Source: the human T2T-CHM13v2.0 reference genome, Homo sapiens. Taken from it: DNA of 64,000 bases. Positions 42,781-61,351 of this stretch are shown piece by piece (within the stretch, counting starts at the first letter, position 1; each line of letters begins with the position of its first letter). The stretch lies in NCBI RefSeq assembly GCF_009914755.1, contig NC_060938.1; one strand, given 5' to 3'. A program made the position numbers and the translations under genes. The notes below the pieces were generated by a model. It worked only from the letters and a program-made list of their open reading frames with translations. It did not search any database and was not told the DNA's origin.

Positions 42781-44256
42781 GGGAGACGGAAAGGTCTTCC
42801 ATGCTCCCTCTCTGAGTGGGCACACGGCAATGGGCCAGAAGTCAGGGGCTGGGGGCCAGGATGCCTCTAGAGGCTACCCAGCCTGGAAATTTTGGGAGTA
42901 GGGGTTTTGAGATCTCAAGGACAGTGAAGTGGAGGCCCACGGCTGGAGCACAGACCGGCTTCAGGTCGGCCCTTTGGTTTGTCGCCATCTGTCAGCTGAG
43001 CAGCTTGGGAAATCTGGCCCCTGATCTGTAAAATGGGGCCAAGAACCCACCCTCGCCAGCCTCTTATGGAGATTAACTGATACCCTGCTGGCGCCATGGC
43101 TGGGGCCCTGCCTGGGTACATGCTGCATGAGGCCCAGCCTGCCCTGCCTCAGCCCTGGGTTGGCCGCGCTGTCCTGACCTGGCCCCGCGGGGTGAAGCCA
43201 GGGGGTTTCAGGCCTCACTGCCACTCCACAGGACGAGGGACATTCAGGAATAGATTTTGCCTAGGGAGCCCGGCCCCACCCTGCCCCTCTCCAGAGCCGG
43301 TCCCCTTTTTCTACCTAGAGAAAAAGAGCAATTGGTAGAAACTTTCATCCTCCAAGGCAGACCACCCTCCACATCTCTGTCATTCTCCCCACGAGTCTGT
43401 GCCCTCAGAGCTGCTGCCTTCTGCACTGTGCAAAGCCTCTTCTCAGGGACTGCATCTGCCCCGCAGTCTTGACACTCAGTGTCTTCCTAGTCCTGTCCCA
43501 TCCCCACACTTCTCACATCCACCCCGTGGTGAATGCCCTCACGATTTGCTGGAGTCCTGGCAGTTTTGCTGAGCTGGGGCCCGAGTGCTTGTGACCCTCC
43601 AAACCACCTTAGATGCCGTGTCTGGACTGTTCCTTGGTTTTCTGGAGAAAGTCAGGGGGCTGTTTTTACAGCCAAACAATGGGGGTCCCCCCACTGGCAG
43701 GTTCCATCCTTTTTGTCGGGCTAAACGGAATGCAGATAATTAAAGCTGGCAGGTGGGGGGCAGGGGTGCTGGTCAGGGTGGGCACTGGGGAGGTGAGAAG
43801 ATGTCTCAGCAATGTGGCTGCTGAATTCCCATTTCTGGTTGGGACAGAGTCACAGGGAACAGCCACATGTGTGAGAAGCAACCACCAACACTAGATGGAA
43901 CAGATGGACCTGGCTCAGGACACTGGACATTATGGAAAGGTGAAAAACATGAATGTGTCCTACCACTGCCCCAGCTTACTTCCCTGGGTGAGATGTGAGG
44001 CTGTGGCTCAGGGATGGAAAACGCAGGCAGTAGCCTGAGGATTTCCTGAGTTCAGGAGACAGAGCTGAGCATCTCCGGAGACCGAAGCAGTTACTGCTCT
44101 CAGGACAGAGCCCTGGGGGGGAAAGAGCTACACAGAGAGAAGCCCTGGGGAATGACAGGGGTGCCCCTCAAGGATCCAGCAGAGGCCTGATCAGTTCATG
44201 CACAGAAGGAAACTACACGAGGCTGCTCAAATCCAGCAATAAAGAAAAGAATCTTA

Positions 44257-44585
44257 GCCAGGTGTGGTGGTTCACGCTTGTAATCCCAGCATTTTGGGAG
44301 GCTGAGGCGGGTGGATCACCTGAGGTCAGGAGTTTAAGACCAGCCTGGCCAAAAAGGCAAAACCCCGTCTCAACAAAAATACAAAAATTAGCTGGACATG
44401 GTGGCGTGCGCCTGTAATCCCAGCTACTTGGGAGGCTGAGGCAGGAGAATCACTTGAACCTGGGAGACAGGTTGCACTGAGCCTAGATCATGCCACTGCA
44501 CTCCAACCTGGGCAACAGAGTAAGACTCTGTCTCAAACAAAAAAAAAAAAAAAAGAAAGAAAGAAAGAAAGAAAGAAAGAAAAAA
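44257..44585 (+). mobile_element. AluS with (GAAA)n tail
   Basis: Full dimer. Confidence 0.92.
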
Positions 44586-45038
44586 TCTTAAACTGTCCAA
44601 AAAGATTAGGGAGACCAGTGCCCAGCGTTCATGTAGGGCGGGGACTAGTGTCCATTTCCACCAAGCAGCCTGGAAATGCTCATCCTCACAGGGCATTGGA
44701 GAGGTTTCTCAAGAAGCGAGTGCCTCCATGAGGGAAATAATTAACCCCAGATTAAATGCTGCTTCAGACCTAATGAATGGTAAAAACAAGATCCAAAAGG
44801 ATCAAACTCTTTCCAGGTAAATTAACTGCATCCCAGAACAAAGCTGGACATTTTTAGAAATACATATACCTCCAGCACACAAGCAGGGTAAAATTCACAA
44901 CATCTGCAAATTTACCAGGCATTCAAAGGGGCAAAAAATACACAACCCACAATTAAGAGACTAATGAATTAATCAAAACCAACCCAGAACTTATCCAGAT
45001 GTGAGCATTAGCAGAAAAGGACATTGAAGTAGTTATTA

Positions 45039-45350
<312 letters not shown>

Positions 45351-46668
45351 AAGAACTGTCTCTCATACGTTCAAAAAGTTAAGCAGAGACACAGACGATA
45401 TTACAAAAGAACTGAATTGGACTTCTAGAAATGAAATGTGTGGGGTGAAAATTACACGGAGTGAGACCATTGGCAGAGTACACACTGCAGAAGGAAAGCT
45501 TAGTGAGCTTGAAGATTTACCAACAGAAACTATACAACATAAAACATACAGAGAGGGAGAACAATCCAAAAAAGTTAACATGGCATCGAGAGTTGTGGGA
45601 CAATTTCAAGCAGCCTAATATGGAGGTAATTCCAGAGCCTGAAACGGAGGAGAGAGAGCGGTGGGGGGCGGCGGGGGGCGGGGGGTACAGAAAAAATATT
45701 TGAAAGAGTAGTGGCTAAAATTTTTCCAAATTTGATGAAAACTGTAAACCCTCAGATCCAAGGAACTCAATGAACCCTAAGCACAAAAACAAGAAAAAAA
45801 CCGACCAAGGCTCAAAACCAGTAGTAAAGAAAAAAAAAAGTCTTAAATGCAGCCAGAAGAAAAAGGACATGGTACAAACAGAGAAACAAAGATAAGGATC
45901 AAGGCAGATTTCTTGTTTGAAACAACACACACAAGAAGATAGAGGGGCAGCAATCTTTCAAGCACTTAAAGAAAAGAACTGTCAACCTAGAATTCTAGCC
46001 CCAGTGAAAATATCGTGTAAAAACAAAGGTGAAATAAACCCAGGCCAACGAAAGCTGAAAGAGTTCATCACCAACAGATCCACACCTCAAGAAATGTCAA
46101 AGAAATCCGTCAAGCATAAACAAAATGATATTAGAACTCTGGATCTACACAAAGAAAGAACACCAAAAATGGTAACTATATGGGTAAATATTCAATTTTT
46201 TTCTTTAAGTTTCTTAAAAGATAATTGATAGTTAAAAATGTTGATAGTGCATCGTAGGGTTTACAATATATAAGTAAAATGTGTAACAGTAGCATAGAGA
46301 TTGGGAGTGGAGAAACGGAAGGTTCTTATACTACAGGTGAAGCAGTATATGACTTGGAGGTAGACTGTAAATGTTAAAGCAATGGCAAAAATAATGAAAC
46401 AGAGTTCTAGCTAATAAGCCCACAAAAAGATAAACTGGTATAATAAAAAATATAAAGTAGTCCTAAGAATGCAGAAAAAGAGGAGAAAGAAAACAAAGAA
46501 TGGTGGGCTAGAAAACAAATAGTAAGACAATAGGCTTAAATTTACCTAAGTTTATAATCACATTAAATTGATAAACGCTCCCATTCACAGATAAGCAAGA
46601 CCCAATGCCGCCTACAGTAAATGCCCCTCTGGGATAAAGACACAAATAGGTTAAAAGTAAAAGGATGA

Positions 46669-47327
<659 letters not shown>

Positions 47328-47459
47328 TCAAAAGAAAGTTGGAGTGGCTATATCAATGTTAGACTGGTAGATTTCAGTGCAAAGAGTATCACCAGTGCTA
47401 TAAAAGTTCATTTTAAAATGATAAAGAGGTCATTAATCCAGAGGACACAGCAATCCTAA

Positions 47460-47795
<336 letters not shown>

Positions 47796-48292
47796 AGATA
47801 GCTCTGTTTCTAATAACAGAGCTGCAAAATACATGAAATAAAGTCTGGGAGAGCTGCAAGGAGAAATTGCCAAGTCTGCAAATAGAGTTGGATATTTCAA
47901 TATCCCTTTTTCAAAACTTGATGGAACAAGGATATAGCACACTTGAATAACACTATCAGCCAACTTGACCTGACTGACATTTATAGAACACTCCTCCCAA
48001 CAACAGCAGAATACAAATTCCGTTCAAGCGTACCCGGAACATTTATAAAGATAGATCATATTCTGCGTCATAAAATAAGTCTCAGTATATTTAAAAGGAT
48101 ACAAGTCACACAAAGTATATTCTCTGACCACAGTGGAATGAAATTAGAAATCAATAACAGACAGATGTCTGGGAAATTCCCAAGCACTTGGAAACTAAAT
48201 AACACATTTCTAAATAACTCATGAGTCAAAGAGGAATAAAAAGAGAAAGCAGAAAGTATTTTGCACTGAATGAAAGTTAAAATACAACATAG

Positions 48293-48615
<323 letters not shown>

Positions 48616-48670
48616 TTAAGTTGTACAAAGGCAGAAATTCTTAAATTCCTTTTAAAAAAAACACACTATA

Positions 48671-48969
48671 GGCCGGGCACAGTGGCTCACACCTGTAATC
48701 CCAGCACTTTAGGAGGCCGAGGTGGGCGGATCACCTGAGGTTGGGAGTTTGAGACCAGCCCAACCAACATGGAGAAACTCCATCTCTACTAAAACTACAA
48801 AATTAGCTGGGTGTGGTGGTACATGCCTGTAATCCCAGCTACTCGGGAGGTTGAGGCAGGAGACACTTGAACCTGGGAGGCGGAGGTTGCAGTGAGTCGA
48901 GATGGTGCCATTGCACTCCAGCCTGGACAACAAGAGTGAAACTCTGTCTCAAAAAACAAAAACAAAAAC

Positions 48970-49005
<36 letters not shown>
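48671..49005 (+). mobile_element. AluSp-like with (CA)n tail
   Basis: Full dimer followed by (CA)n at ~48973-49005. Confidence 0.9.
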
Positions 49006-49007
<2 letters not shown>

Positions 49008-49090
49008 GAAACCTCATTCAAGTAGACACAGATCACCTAAATAGTTGTATGTACATGAAAAAAATTGTTGTTAGAAACTTTCCACCAGAA

Positions 49091-49400
<310 letters not shown>

Positions 49401-49762
49401 AGAAACTTTCCCACAGAGAAAATTCCAGGCCCAGATGGCTTTGATAGTAAATTCTACCAAACATTTAAGGAAGAAATAATTCCAATTCTACAAAAACTGT
49501 TTAGAGGATTCAAAAGGAGGGAATGCATCCTAACTTATTCTAAGAGACCAGCATTAACTTGGTTTTATGAAAACCAGATAAAGTTATTACGAGAAAAGAA
49601 AACTGTAGACAAATATCTCTTATTAACATAGACACAAAAATCTTTAGCAAATTTTAACAAATTGAATCAAACAATATGTAACATGAAAAATATTTATTAT
49701 CAAATGCGGTAATTGTATTTTAAGAATATAGAATTGGTTTAACATTTGAAAATCCATCATCA

Positions 49763-50068
<306 letters not shown>

Positions 50069-51239
50069 TATCCATCAATGTAATTCACCATGTTAATGCA
50101 TTAAAAAAGAAAAACCATGTGATCATCTTAACCGACATAGAAAATGCATTTCATGAAATTCAACATTCATTTCTAAGAAACACCTTCTGCAACTGGGAAT
50201 AAAAGAGAACTTCCTCAATGTGCAAAAATCTTATAGCTTCCATCAGACTTAGTGGTGAAAGATTGAATTCTCTCCCTTTGAGAAAAGTAACGAGACAAGG
50301 ATGTGTGTTCTCACCACTTATGTTCAACATTGTTCTGGTACAATGACACCAATGAGACAGATGAGAAAACAGGCAAAAGGAAAAAAAGATAAAGAAATAA
50401 ATGAAAGGCACTCAGATTGAAAAGAAAGCAGTAAAACTTTATTTGCAGATGGCATGATCATCTATGTTGGAAATCTCTTGGAATCTATTACAACAAAGCT
50501 CCTAGAATCAATAAGTGAGTTTAGCAAGATTGCAGGATACAAGATCAATATAAAAAAATCAATTGCATTTCTACATACTAGCAACAAATAATCAGAAATT
50601 GAAAAAAAATGCCAATAACATCAAAATACATGAAATTTAGGGATAAATCTGATGGGAGATATGAAAGGTCTGTACAAGAAAAACTACAAAACATTGCTGA
50701 GAGAAATTAAAGATGTAAATAGAGAGATACACTTTGTTCATGGGCTGGATGACTTAGTAAGATGTCATTTCTCCTCAAACTATTCTACACAGCAACACAA
50801 TTCCAAGTGAAATCCCAGAAGGGCTTTTAAAAATAAAAATTTATAAACTCATTCTAAGTTGGTTCTAGAATTCATATGGAAATTCAAAAAGACCCAGAAT
50901 AGTCAAAGCAATTCTGAAAAAGAATTTTCATTATTTATTAGGATAATGCCACTTAAAGCAATTCTGAAGAAGAATAAAATTGGTAGGCTGATACAGCCTG
51001 ATTTCCAGGCTCATTATAAAGCTATGGTAATTTTTTAAAGCGTGGTCTTGGTAAGAAGAGAGACAAACAGATCAATGGGACAGGACAGAGAACACAGAGA
51101 TAGATCTACACACATAAAGACTCCTAATTTTTGACAAACACGCAAAGGCAATTCAGAAAAGAATGGATAGTCTTTTCAACAAATGATACTGGAACAATTA
51201 GATATTCATATGCAAAAAAAAAACAAAAAAAACCCCACA

Positions 51240-51552
51240 GTCTTGTGTGGTGGCTCATGCCTGTAATCCTAGCACTTTGGGAAGCTGAGGCGAGCAGATC
51301 ACTTTGAGCTCAGGAGCTTGAGACCGGCCTGGGCAAAATGGCAAAAAATACAAAAAAATTAGCTAGGTGGATGATGTGTGCCTGTAGTTTCAGCTACTTG
51401 TGGGGCTGAGGTGAGAAAATCACTTGAGCCCAGGAAGTCGAGGCTGCAGTGAGCCGAGATCATACCAATGCACTCCAGCCTGGGTGACAAAGCAAAACCC
51501 TGTCTCAAAAAACAAAACAAAACCACCACAACAAAAAAACCCCCAAAACAAA
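51240..51552 (+). mobile_element. AluJ (internally deleted)
   Basis: Dimer lacking the end of the left arm. Confidence 0.85.
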
Positions 51553-51696
51553 ACTCCAATTCATACCATACAACAAATACAAAACTGACCTCAAAATACA
51601 TCATAGACCCGAATGTAAAACCTAAGACGGTTAAACTTCTATATGAACATACAGGAGAAAATCTTTGTGACACTGGTTTAAGATTTCTTAATGATG

Positions 51697-52186
<490 letters not shown>

Positions 52187-52207
52187 TTAATAATAAGAAA
52201 ATTAACA

Positions 52208-52810
<603 letters not shown>

Positions 52811-54414
52811 AAACACCTCGATTTAAAAAATAGGCAGAAGATTGGAGCATATGCTACACCAGTGAAGATCTGTGGATGGCAAATCAGTACACAAAAACCT
52901 GTTCAACATCGTTATTTAATAGGAAAATGCCAATTAAAACCATGATAAGATCCCATCACACAGCTATTAAACTGACACAGATTTCAAAGATTGACCCTAT
53001 CAAGTGTGGGTGAAGACGTGCAGGAACTGAAACTGTAATATATCACTGAGGGGGTTGTAAAATGGTGAAACACTTTAGAAAATAATTTGGCAGTTTTTTT
53101 TAAATGAAGAACGATACACGATAGTCCTTCCACCCCTAAAGATTACCCATGAGACATGAAAGCAGATATCCAAGCAAAGATTGAGACCCGAAGGTCACCC
53201 CGGCTTTATTTGTAATAGCTCCAAACTGGAAACAGCCTTAATGTCCATCAACAGGTAAACAGATCAACAGATGGCATTTTCCAACAAGGGAGTTCTAAGG
53301 AATGGAAAGGAATGAACTGCTCATATAGGCAGCGATGTAGATACGTCTCAGAATAATTAATGTGCGGGGAGAGAAGCCAGGCTCAAAAGAGTACATTTTT
53401 ATAAAACTCTGGAAAATTCCAAGGAGTCTGTAGAGACAGTACACCAGGGGTTGCTGGGGAACAGTGTGGCAGGGCGGTCAACTGAGGAAAGGGGGCCAGC
53501 TTCTGGGGATGATGATCTGTTCCCTGTCCTGACCATGGTGATGGTGTTACGGTTGTATACCTAAGCTAAAATGGACCCCTTAGTACAGTTTAAATATAAG
53601 CAGTTTATTGTATGCCAAGTCTACCTCCATCAAGTTAAAAAATACAGCTACAAACCCTCGTCCTTTTGGTACCGCTGGGATGGAGTTAAACAGGTCTCCA
53701 GGTTTCCAGTGAGAAAGCACCTTCTGGAGAGTTAGGCTTGGAGGAGTCTTCCTTGCCCTCAGTAATTACATGATGGGACTGAAAACCTCGGCTTGGCTGC
53801 TGCATTGCCCTGCCCTGCTGGAGGGAGAACACAGCTGGCTAAGTGTGGGTTTGCCAGGAGATGGAAGAATGAGGGCTATAGTCCCTTTTATCCTCTCTGG
53901 GGCAATCTCAGTGGGGCCCACAGGGTGAGCAAGAGAAGGTTGAGATGAGGCTGATGGCATGTGTTGTGGGGCATGCAAGTGCCCAGAAGTACCAATAGAT
54001 AACTCCACGCACAGTTTCCATCCTCCACCCACATCACTTTGACATTCATTCGTGCCTGAAAATGCTCTGGAAGGCTCTTACAGAGCCTACCCAAGAGAAT
54101 CTTATTGGCAGAGAATGTCTCCGTGGGAAAGGGAAACTGGGGGGCGGCCCCATGGCTGGCTACAGGGCTGAAGGCTATGCCCTGGAACCACCAACAAATG
54201 AGAAAACAGCAGAGTTTGCTGGACCCAGAAGCCCATTCCCCTCCCACATCCCTCTGGTGTGCACCAGTAAGCACCTGTTACTGTCAGTAGTTCCAGCTGG
54301 AGTGTCCTGATCACGGAGGAAGCTACCTTCACTTTTTACTCACAAGATTCTCTGCGGTCCAACTCTCTGATAGCCAGGACGAAGCACATGAGAAAATGAA
54401 ATTAAAATAGCAGA

Positions 54415-54545
54415 GGCTGGCACGGTGACTCACGCCTGTAATCCCAGCACTTTGACAGGCCAAGGTGGGAGGATGGCTTGAGCGTAGGAGTTTGAGACTA
54501 GCCTGGGCAACATGGCAAAACCCCTTCTCTATACAAAAGTAACTA
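54415..54545 (+). mobile_element. FLAM/Alu left monomer
   Basis: Single monomer. Confidence 0.85.
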
Positions 54546-56837
54546 AGTACATAATTAATTAATTAAAAATAAATAAAATTGCAGCGCTATTGTGAGGCCT
54601 AAAGGAGAGATGGTTCCGTCCAGAGCTTGTGCCTGGCCTGTGGGGAGGATTGGCAGGGAGGGCCCTGGCCGGGAGGCTGTGGGAAGAGGACGTCGCAGCC
54701 GAGCTGTCTTTCTATGGGTATGAGGACAGCGCGGAGGGCATCCGGGGAAGTGGCTTCTTGGGAAGTGGCCTCCTGGCTTCCTGACTTTTGCTTGCTCCGC
54801 ATCTCCTGTCCTCTTGGTTGGCTGTGCTGACCTAGGACTGGGGAAGCCCCTGGCCCAGGCAGGAAACAAAATGGAGCTGCACGCAGCGGCCCGCACTGTT
54901 AGACCCAAGCTATCCCCCTGCACAGGGCTTGGGACGAAGGTGCTTGCTCAGCCATCTCTGGGCTGCCCCTCAGTGCCCTCTCCTTCTGAGGGTCTTTCTC
55001 CTTGACACCTCCCTCAGGGGCTGCTCCTACTCTGCACAGAGAGAGCCCCAACAAGCGTTCCCTCTGTTACCTTCTCCTTCTGGTCTTGAGGACACTGGCC
55101 AGCGCTGTCTGTGGGCCACACCACCGGGTGGTGTCAGGCATTGTGTTCCAGTGTCCACCACCTGCTGCCCATGCCCACCCTGACCCCTGGGTGCTGGCCC
55201 TGGCATGGCTGCCAACCTTGCCCCGGGGACCCAAGGAAAGCAGTGAGGCCCAGCTCAGCCCTGCGCTCTGCAGGTCTCCCTGGTAAACGGCTTCCTGGTC
55301 CTCATCGGAAGGCAGGGGCCGCCCGGCGCTCCCCTGGACCTGACGGGGAGGCTGTCTTGCTCGTGTCCGTGGACCATCCACCCACAGTGGAGCCCTAGGG
55401 ATGAGGAGGGACATGAAGTTGAGTGGTGAAGGGGAGACCCCATGGGAGGTGAGAAGCCAGCCCAGGGAGGAGGGTGAACAAAGTCTCCTTTTTTTTTCCA
55501 GACCTCTTCCAGCCCATGCTACATGACCCATGAGAAAGAGCAGAGCTGGGACGCAGGTCCCCGGGACTGGCATCTTCACGCTGTATCACACAGCGGCCTT
55601 TCATCGCCTCCTCTGTTCAAGGGAAACCAGCAAACCTGCTCCCTGGACTTTGTGGGACTGAGGCTGCCGCTCTGGGGAAACATTCCATCCAGTTCTGGAC
55701 CCAGGAGGGCTCATCAAGTATTCATCTCACCCCTTTGCATTTCAAAAGGGAAGGTTTTCAGGCAAGGTGAGCTTGCATTCAAAGGAAAATGCATCTCTCA
55801 AAGTCAGCAAAGGCCCCCAGTCCTTTTTGGGGTTCAGCTTTTACCCCATGCTGCATGTAATCTACCTGGTCAGAGAGAGATGGCTTCACAAGACACAAAG
55901 GTGAATCTGCCCGCATCCTCCCTGGTCCTCCCCTGAGGCCACAAGGACACCCCTGGGCCTGTTAGAGCTAGGGGCACCTTAAAACTGAGCATGTCTCCCG
56001 ACCCTCCAGGGGTGACACTGAGCTCTGTGGAGAAGCCCTTTCCTCCAGGACTGTCTTCTGAAATGCCAGGAACCCAACTGTGTGTGACAGGGCTCCCCCA
56101 GGGAAGCAGAATGGGGAGGGAGTTTAGAAAAGGGCTAAGAAACCACACTCTGCACAGCCACAGACCATTGCATTCTTCGGTTTTTGTTTTGTGTTTTCTC
56201 TTTTCTTCTTCTTCTCTCTCTCTTTTTTTTAAACAAGAAACAAGAATTATTCCTGTAATTGTCTTAAAGGTTAAAATATTATGACGGTTCCCTGATCGGG
56301 CTGTTGGGAGAATTAAATGCGATGAGGCTCCAGGGAACGTCAGTGTGGCTTTGGGGACTGCTGCGGCTGTGTACGAAAAAGGATGGCACTTCTGCCACCA
56401 GGATCCTTTCCCTCAGTCGTCCATGGGGAGCTGTTTGGGCCCCTCAGTTAGTCACTCATCAAATCCTGGCTCCTGGCATCTTCCACGTGTCAGAATCCTT
56501 TACCAGTCCTCCAGGGAGACCCTGCCTGCATCCTAATGGCACACTCAAGTCTTTGAGAGGAATTTTCAGTCATCAGGAACTTTCGGGGCCAAATTCTTAC
56601 TAGAATATTTAAGCGCTCTGGATCTGCCAAGCCCCTGCCCCCAAACTCCTTTCTCCAGCAAGGGCTTGTGGCACCTGAGCCCCCAACCTCCATGTCAAAT
56701 GTTGAGAAGCTCCTCATGGCTGCCCTCCCCAGCCCTGTCTCCATGGTTCTGTGATGGGGGATTTTGCACCCCGAAAGTTGCCTTTTCAGCAGCACACAGA
56801 GGCCTGGGACTGTTACAGGACTGGGATCTAACCTTAG

Positions 56838-57170
<333 letters not shown>

Positions 57171-57563
57171 GCTTTTCTAGTTAGGCACCTATAATATTGG
57201 AGAATAACAAAAATACACCTCCAGGGATTCATGTGAGGATGCGGCGAAATAAATGTCAGGTCAAGGTCAATCGCCTCTGAGATCTCAGCGAATTAAAGAG
57301 TTGGCAGCGATCTGGCAGCCTGGGGGTCCCTGAAGAGCCCTCCTCACAGTGGAGTTGGGTGGAGGTCTCCCCAGCCCCCAGGAGACAGTGATGAGCTGGC
57401 CCAGCTCCCAGCCTGAGCTATCCAATCCTCTGAGCTCCTCTCCCCGCCTGGGGCAGGGGTGGTGCTGGCTCAGCAGGAAGCGAATGGAAGCAAACTGCCC
57501 TGGGGGTGGTGGTGTTTGGTCTGAGGAGCGGCTCCTGGCTGTTGCTTTAAGGAGAGAAGCACT

Positions 57564-58315
<752 letters not shown>

Positions 58316-59386
58316 ACGAAGAGAAACAAAGCAGAATTCATTTTCCACCACTCTAACCTGGTCATGCTAGCTTGAAAATGTCCAAAGGTGGTGGGGTTGA
58401 GAAGGTAGGTGATCACGACGGGAGGCCTGCCCAGCCCCAACCCCTTCTTAAGTGCAACCCTGGGGACTTTGGAGTCAGGCTTTAGGGTCACCCTAAGGCT
58501 GCTGAGATGGAGAGCAGGGACCCAACCAGCGGTGTTGCGGTTTGCCCTGCATCATGCCGCTGAGTGCCAGGCTCGCTCGGCCCACCGGTCACTGGCACGC
58601 TTGCTTCCCACCACTATTAACGGTGTTGTGGTCTCCTGGTTCCCATGCCTGGAGGGGCTTTGGTACCCCGTGACCTCAAGTTGCCATATGCCTTGACTCT
58701 CTGCATCAGCTCACTGCAGGAGGGTCCCCGTGCCCCTTACAGTGCTGGCGCCAATATCGTAGAAGCTACATTGTGTTTCATTCATTTGCTTACTGGCTGG
58801 GGATGGGGTTTGGGATTGCTGGAAGACTTTGCCCATGCTTAGGGAAATGTTCCTCCACGACCCCAAAGAGCTTTGCCCTTCAGGCCCCGGGCGAGAACGA
58901 GATAAATATGCTTAGTACTTGCTCTCACTTTGAACTTGGTAAATTTCAATCCCAAACCACCCCTGAGAGCCTGTCTGGAGACACTTGGCTCCTTTAAGAA
59001 GAGAGGCCCCACAGGGTTGGAGAAGATCAACAGCCCAAGGAATTACCTTCTGCTCTCCTGCTGTCTCACAAATAGCTCTGTCAGCTGGGGGCCTGAGCAC
59101 TGGAACTGGCAAAGCACCCCTGTGGAATGAGAATGGACTCCTTCCTTGGGGAAGAGTACACTCCTCTTTTGTTTTTTTGGCCCTAGGGACTATAGAATCG
59201 AGTTCCGCATTTTTGATGTAATTTGACATTTGCAGGGTTCTCAAGACCTCCAACAGCGCTGAGCCCAGGAGTTGGATTGGGCTACTGGCTACTAGGTGAT
59301 TAGGAAGTGAGGATTTCATGCCCCAGATCCTAAATAGGGGATCACAAACTTTGCAGGTCTGTGAGAGGCTATTTTCCTCTTGCCAC

Positions 59387-59458
59387 GATTCGCCAGTGGC
59401 GCGTGGTTCGCCAGTGGTGCGTGGTTCGCCAGTGGTGCATGGTTCGCCAGTGGCCCGC
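59387..59458 (+). repeat. 18-bp tandem array A, 4 units (GGTTCGCCAGTGGTGCGT-like)
   Basis: gattcgccagtggcgcgt/ggttcgccagtggtgcgt/ggttcgccagtggtgcat/ggttcgccagtggcccgc. Confidence 0.95.
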
Positions 59459-59551
59459 AGTCTGGAACACCATAACTGGTGGGTACAATGACATTCCCTG
59501 GGTTCTTCTTTCTCCCTGCTCCACTGCTGCCAGATTGTGTTTTGCTGCTGC

Positions 59552-59683
59552 TTTTTTTTTTCCCCCAAGACGGGGTCTTGTACTGTTGCTCAGGCTGGCC
59601 TTGAACTCCTGACCTCAATGGATCCTTCTGTGTCAGCCTTTTGAGTAGCTAGGATCACAGGCGTGAGCCAGCACATCTGGCTC
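59552..59683 (-). mobile_element. FLAM (Alu monomer)
   Basis: Single monomer on the minus strand. Confidence 0.85.
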
Positions 59684-60240
59684 AGGCTGTGGTTTGTGCC
59701 CTCAGTTTACCATGAATTGCCAGGCATTCATTCATCTCTGATCCTTGGAGTGGTGTGTGGCTGTTCCCTGATCTAGGGGACTGGTGTCACCAGAACGGCT
59801 TTCCTCACCCACACCAAACTGTCCAGGGTTCGCTCTGTGCTTCTCCTACCTGGGATGAGAGAACTAGAACAGCAACAACCACCCTTCCCTGGGATGACTT
59901 TGGTAAATTTCACCCTTTGAGCAGCTCTGTAAAGCCTGCTGGGGATGTTCCTTTAAGAAGAGGAATACTAAAAAGCCCACCGAATTTCAGATGAGGCTTC
60001 CCACTCCTCTTACTGTTTTGCAAATGTCTTTCTCTGCCTGAAGCCTCCGCTTTGGGGCTAGCAAAGCGCCCTCCTGGCCCCCTCCGCCCTGAGGGAGACT
60101 TGCTGTCCTCTCTTCTTTTCATCTCTGGGGGCCAAGGAATTGAATTTTGGGGTATTTGAGGAGATTTGGCATCTGCAGCTTCATGCCAAGATGCTAACTA
60201 CTCCTTGGACAAGAGAGCACATAGTCCTACCACTGAACTG

Positions 60241-60281
60241 GGTTTGCCAGTAGCCCGCGGTTCGCCATTTGCCCGCGGTTC
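60241..60281 (+). repeat. 18-bp tandem array B, 2+ units
   Basis: ggtttgccagtagcccgc/ggttcgccatttgcccgc/ggttc. Confidence 0.9.
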
Positions 60282-61064
60282 TCTGATACACTTTAATTTG
60301 CTACAAAGGATCTGAGCTGCCCTGACCTGCTAGGCTTCCTGGCCCTTCCCTGCACCATCATTCCCTGTGATTCACCACACTTCACCCTGGTTTGCAACTT
60401 AATGCGTCTCTGAGATTCTCAGATCCGCAGGTTATCATTGCGGGGTATCTGTGTGAAATAATGCCAACCACTAATCCCAGGTAACTTTTTGCACCCTTTC
60501 GAGTATTTGCTGAAATTCTGCAGTAGGAATTGCCCCAGACCTTCATCCTGGCTTAGGGAAACCGTTCTGAGGGTCCCAAAGACCCAGTTCTCCCGTCGAA
60601 AACCCACCTGTGACCCCAGTTCTTTTCCTTGATGGTTTTTGCAACCCTGACCTGCTCAGTGAGTGAGAGGTGCCAGCCAGTCTGGTGTTCTGTAAAACTG
60701 GAGAACGGAAGACCCATTTCCTAGCATTGTTGTACTGAATAAATGGAATGAATTTCATGGTATAGTTACTGAAAACACTACGAATTGTATAAGCATTTTG
60801 GTACCCATTCCCCTTCAGAACCACAAAATCCCTGATCTGCAGCTGGGGCTTGGGCGACCACACTACACTAGCTTTTCTTCATGTGTGGGGTGGACAGGTG
60901 AACCAGGTGAACTCTGCTCGGGTAGCTCCTTAATGTCTTGTGTCCACTCTGAGGTCATCCCATGTGGGATAAGGCAGGATAAGAAAAGCAACAACCATCC
61001 TCCCTGCCACCCCAAGATGAACTCTGTAAATTCTGTTCCTTACAGCCTGCCTAGGGACACCCTG

Positions 61065-61351
<287 letters not shown>

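Noticed and set aside
50905-50980. aaagcaattctgaa(a/g)aagaat duplicated around a ~30-bp insert in L1
   Set aside because: Small repair- or TSD-type scar with no identifiable source.
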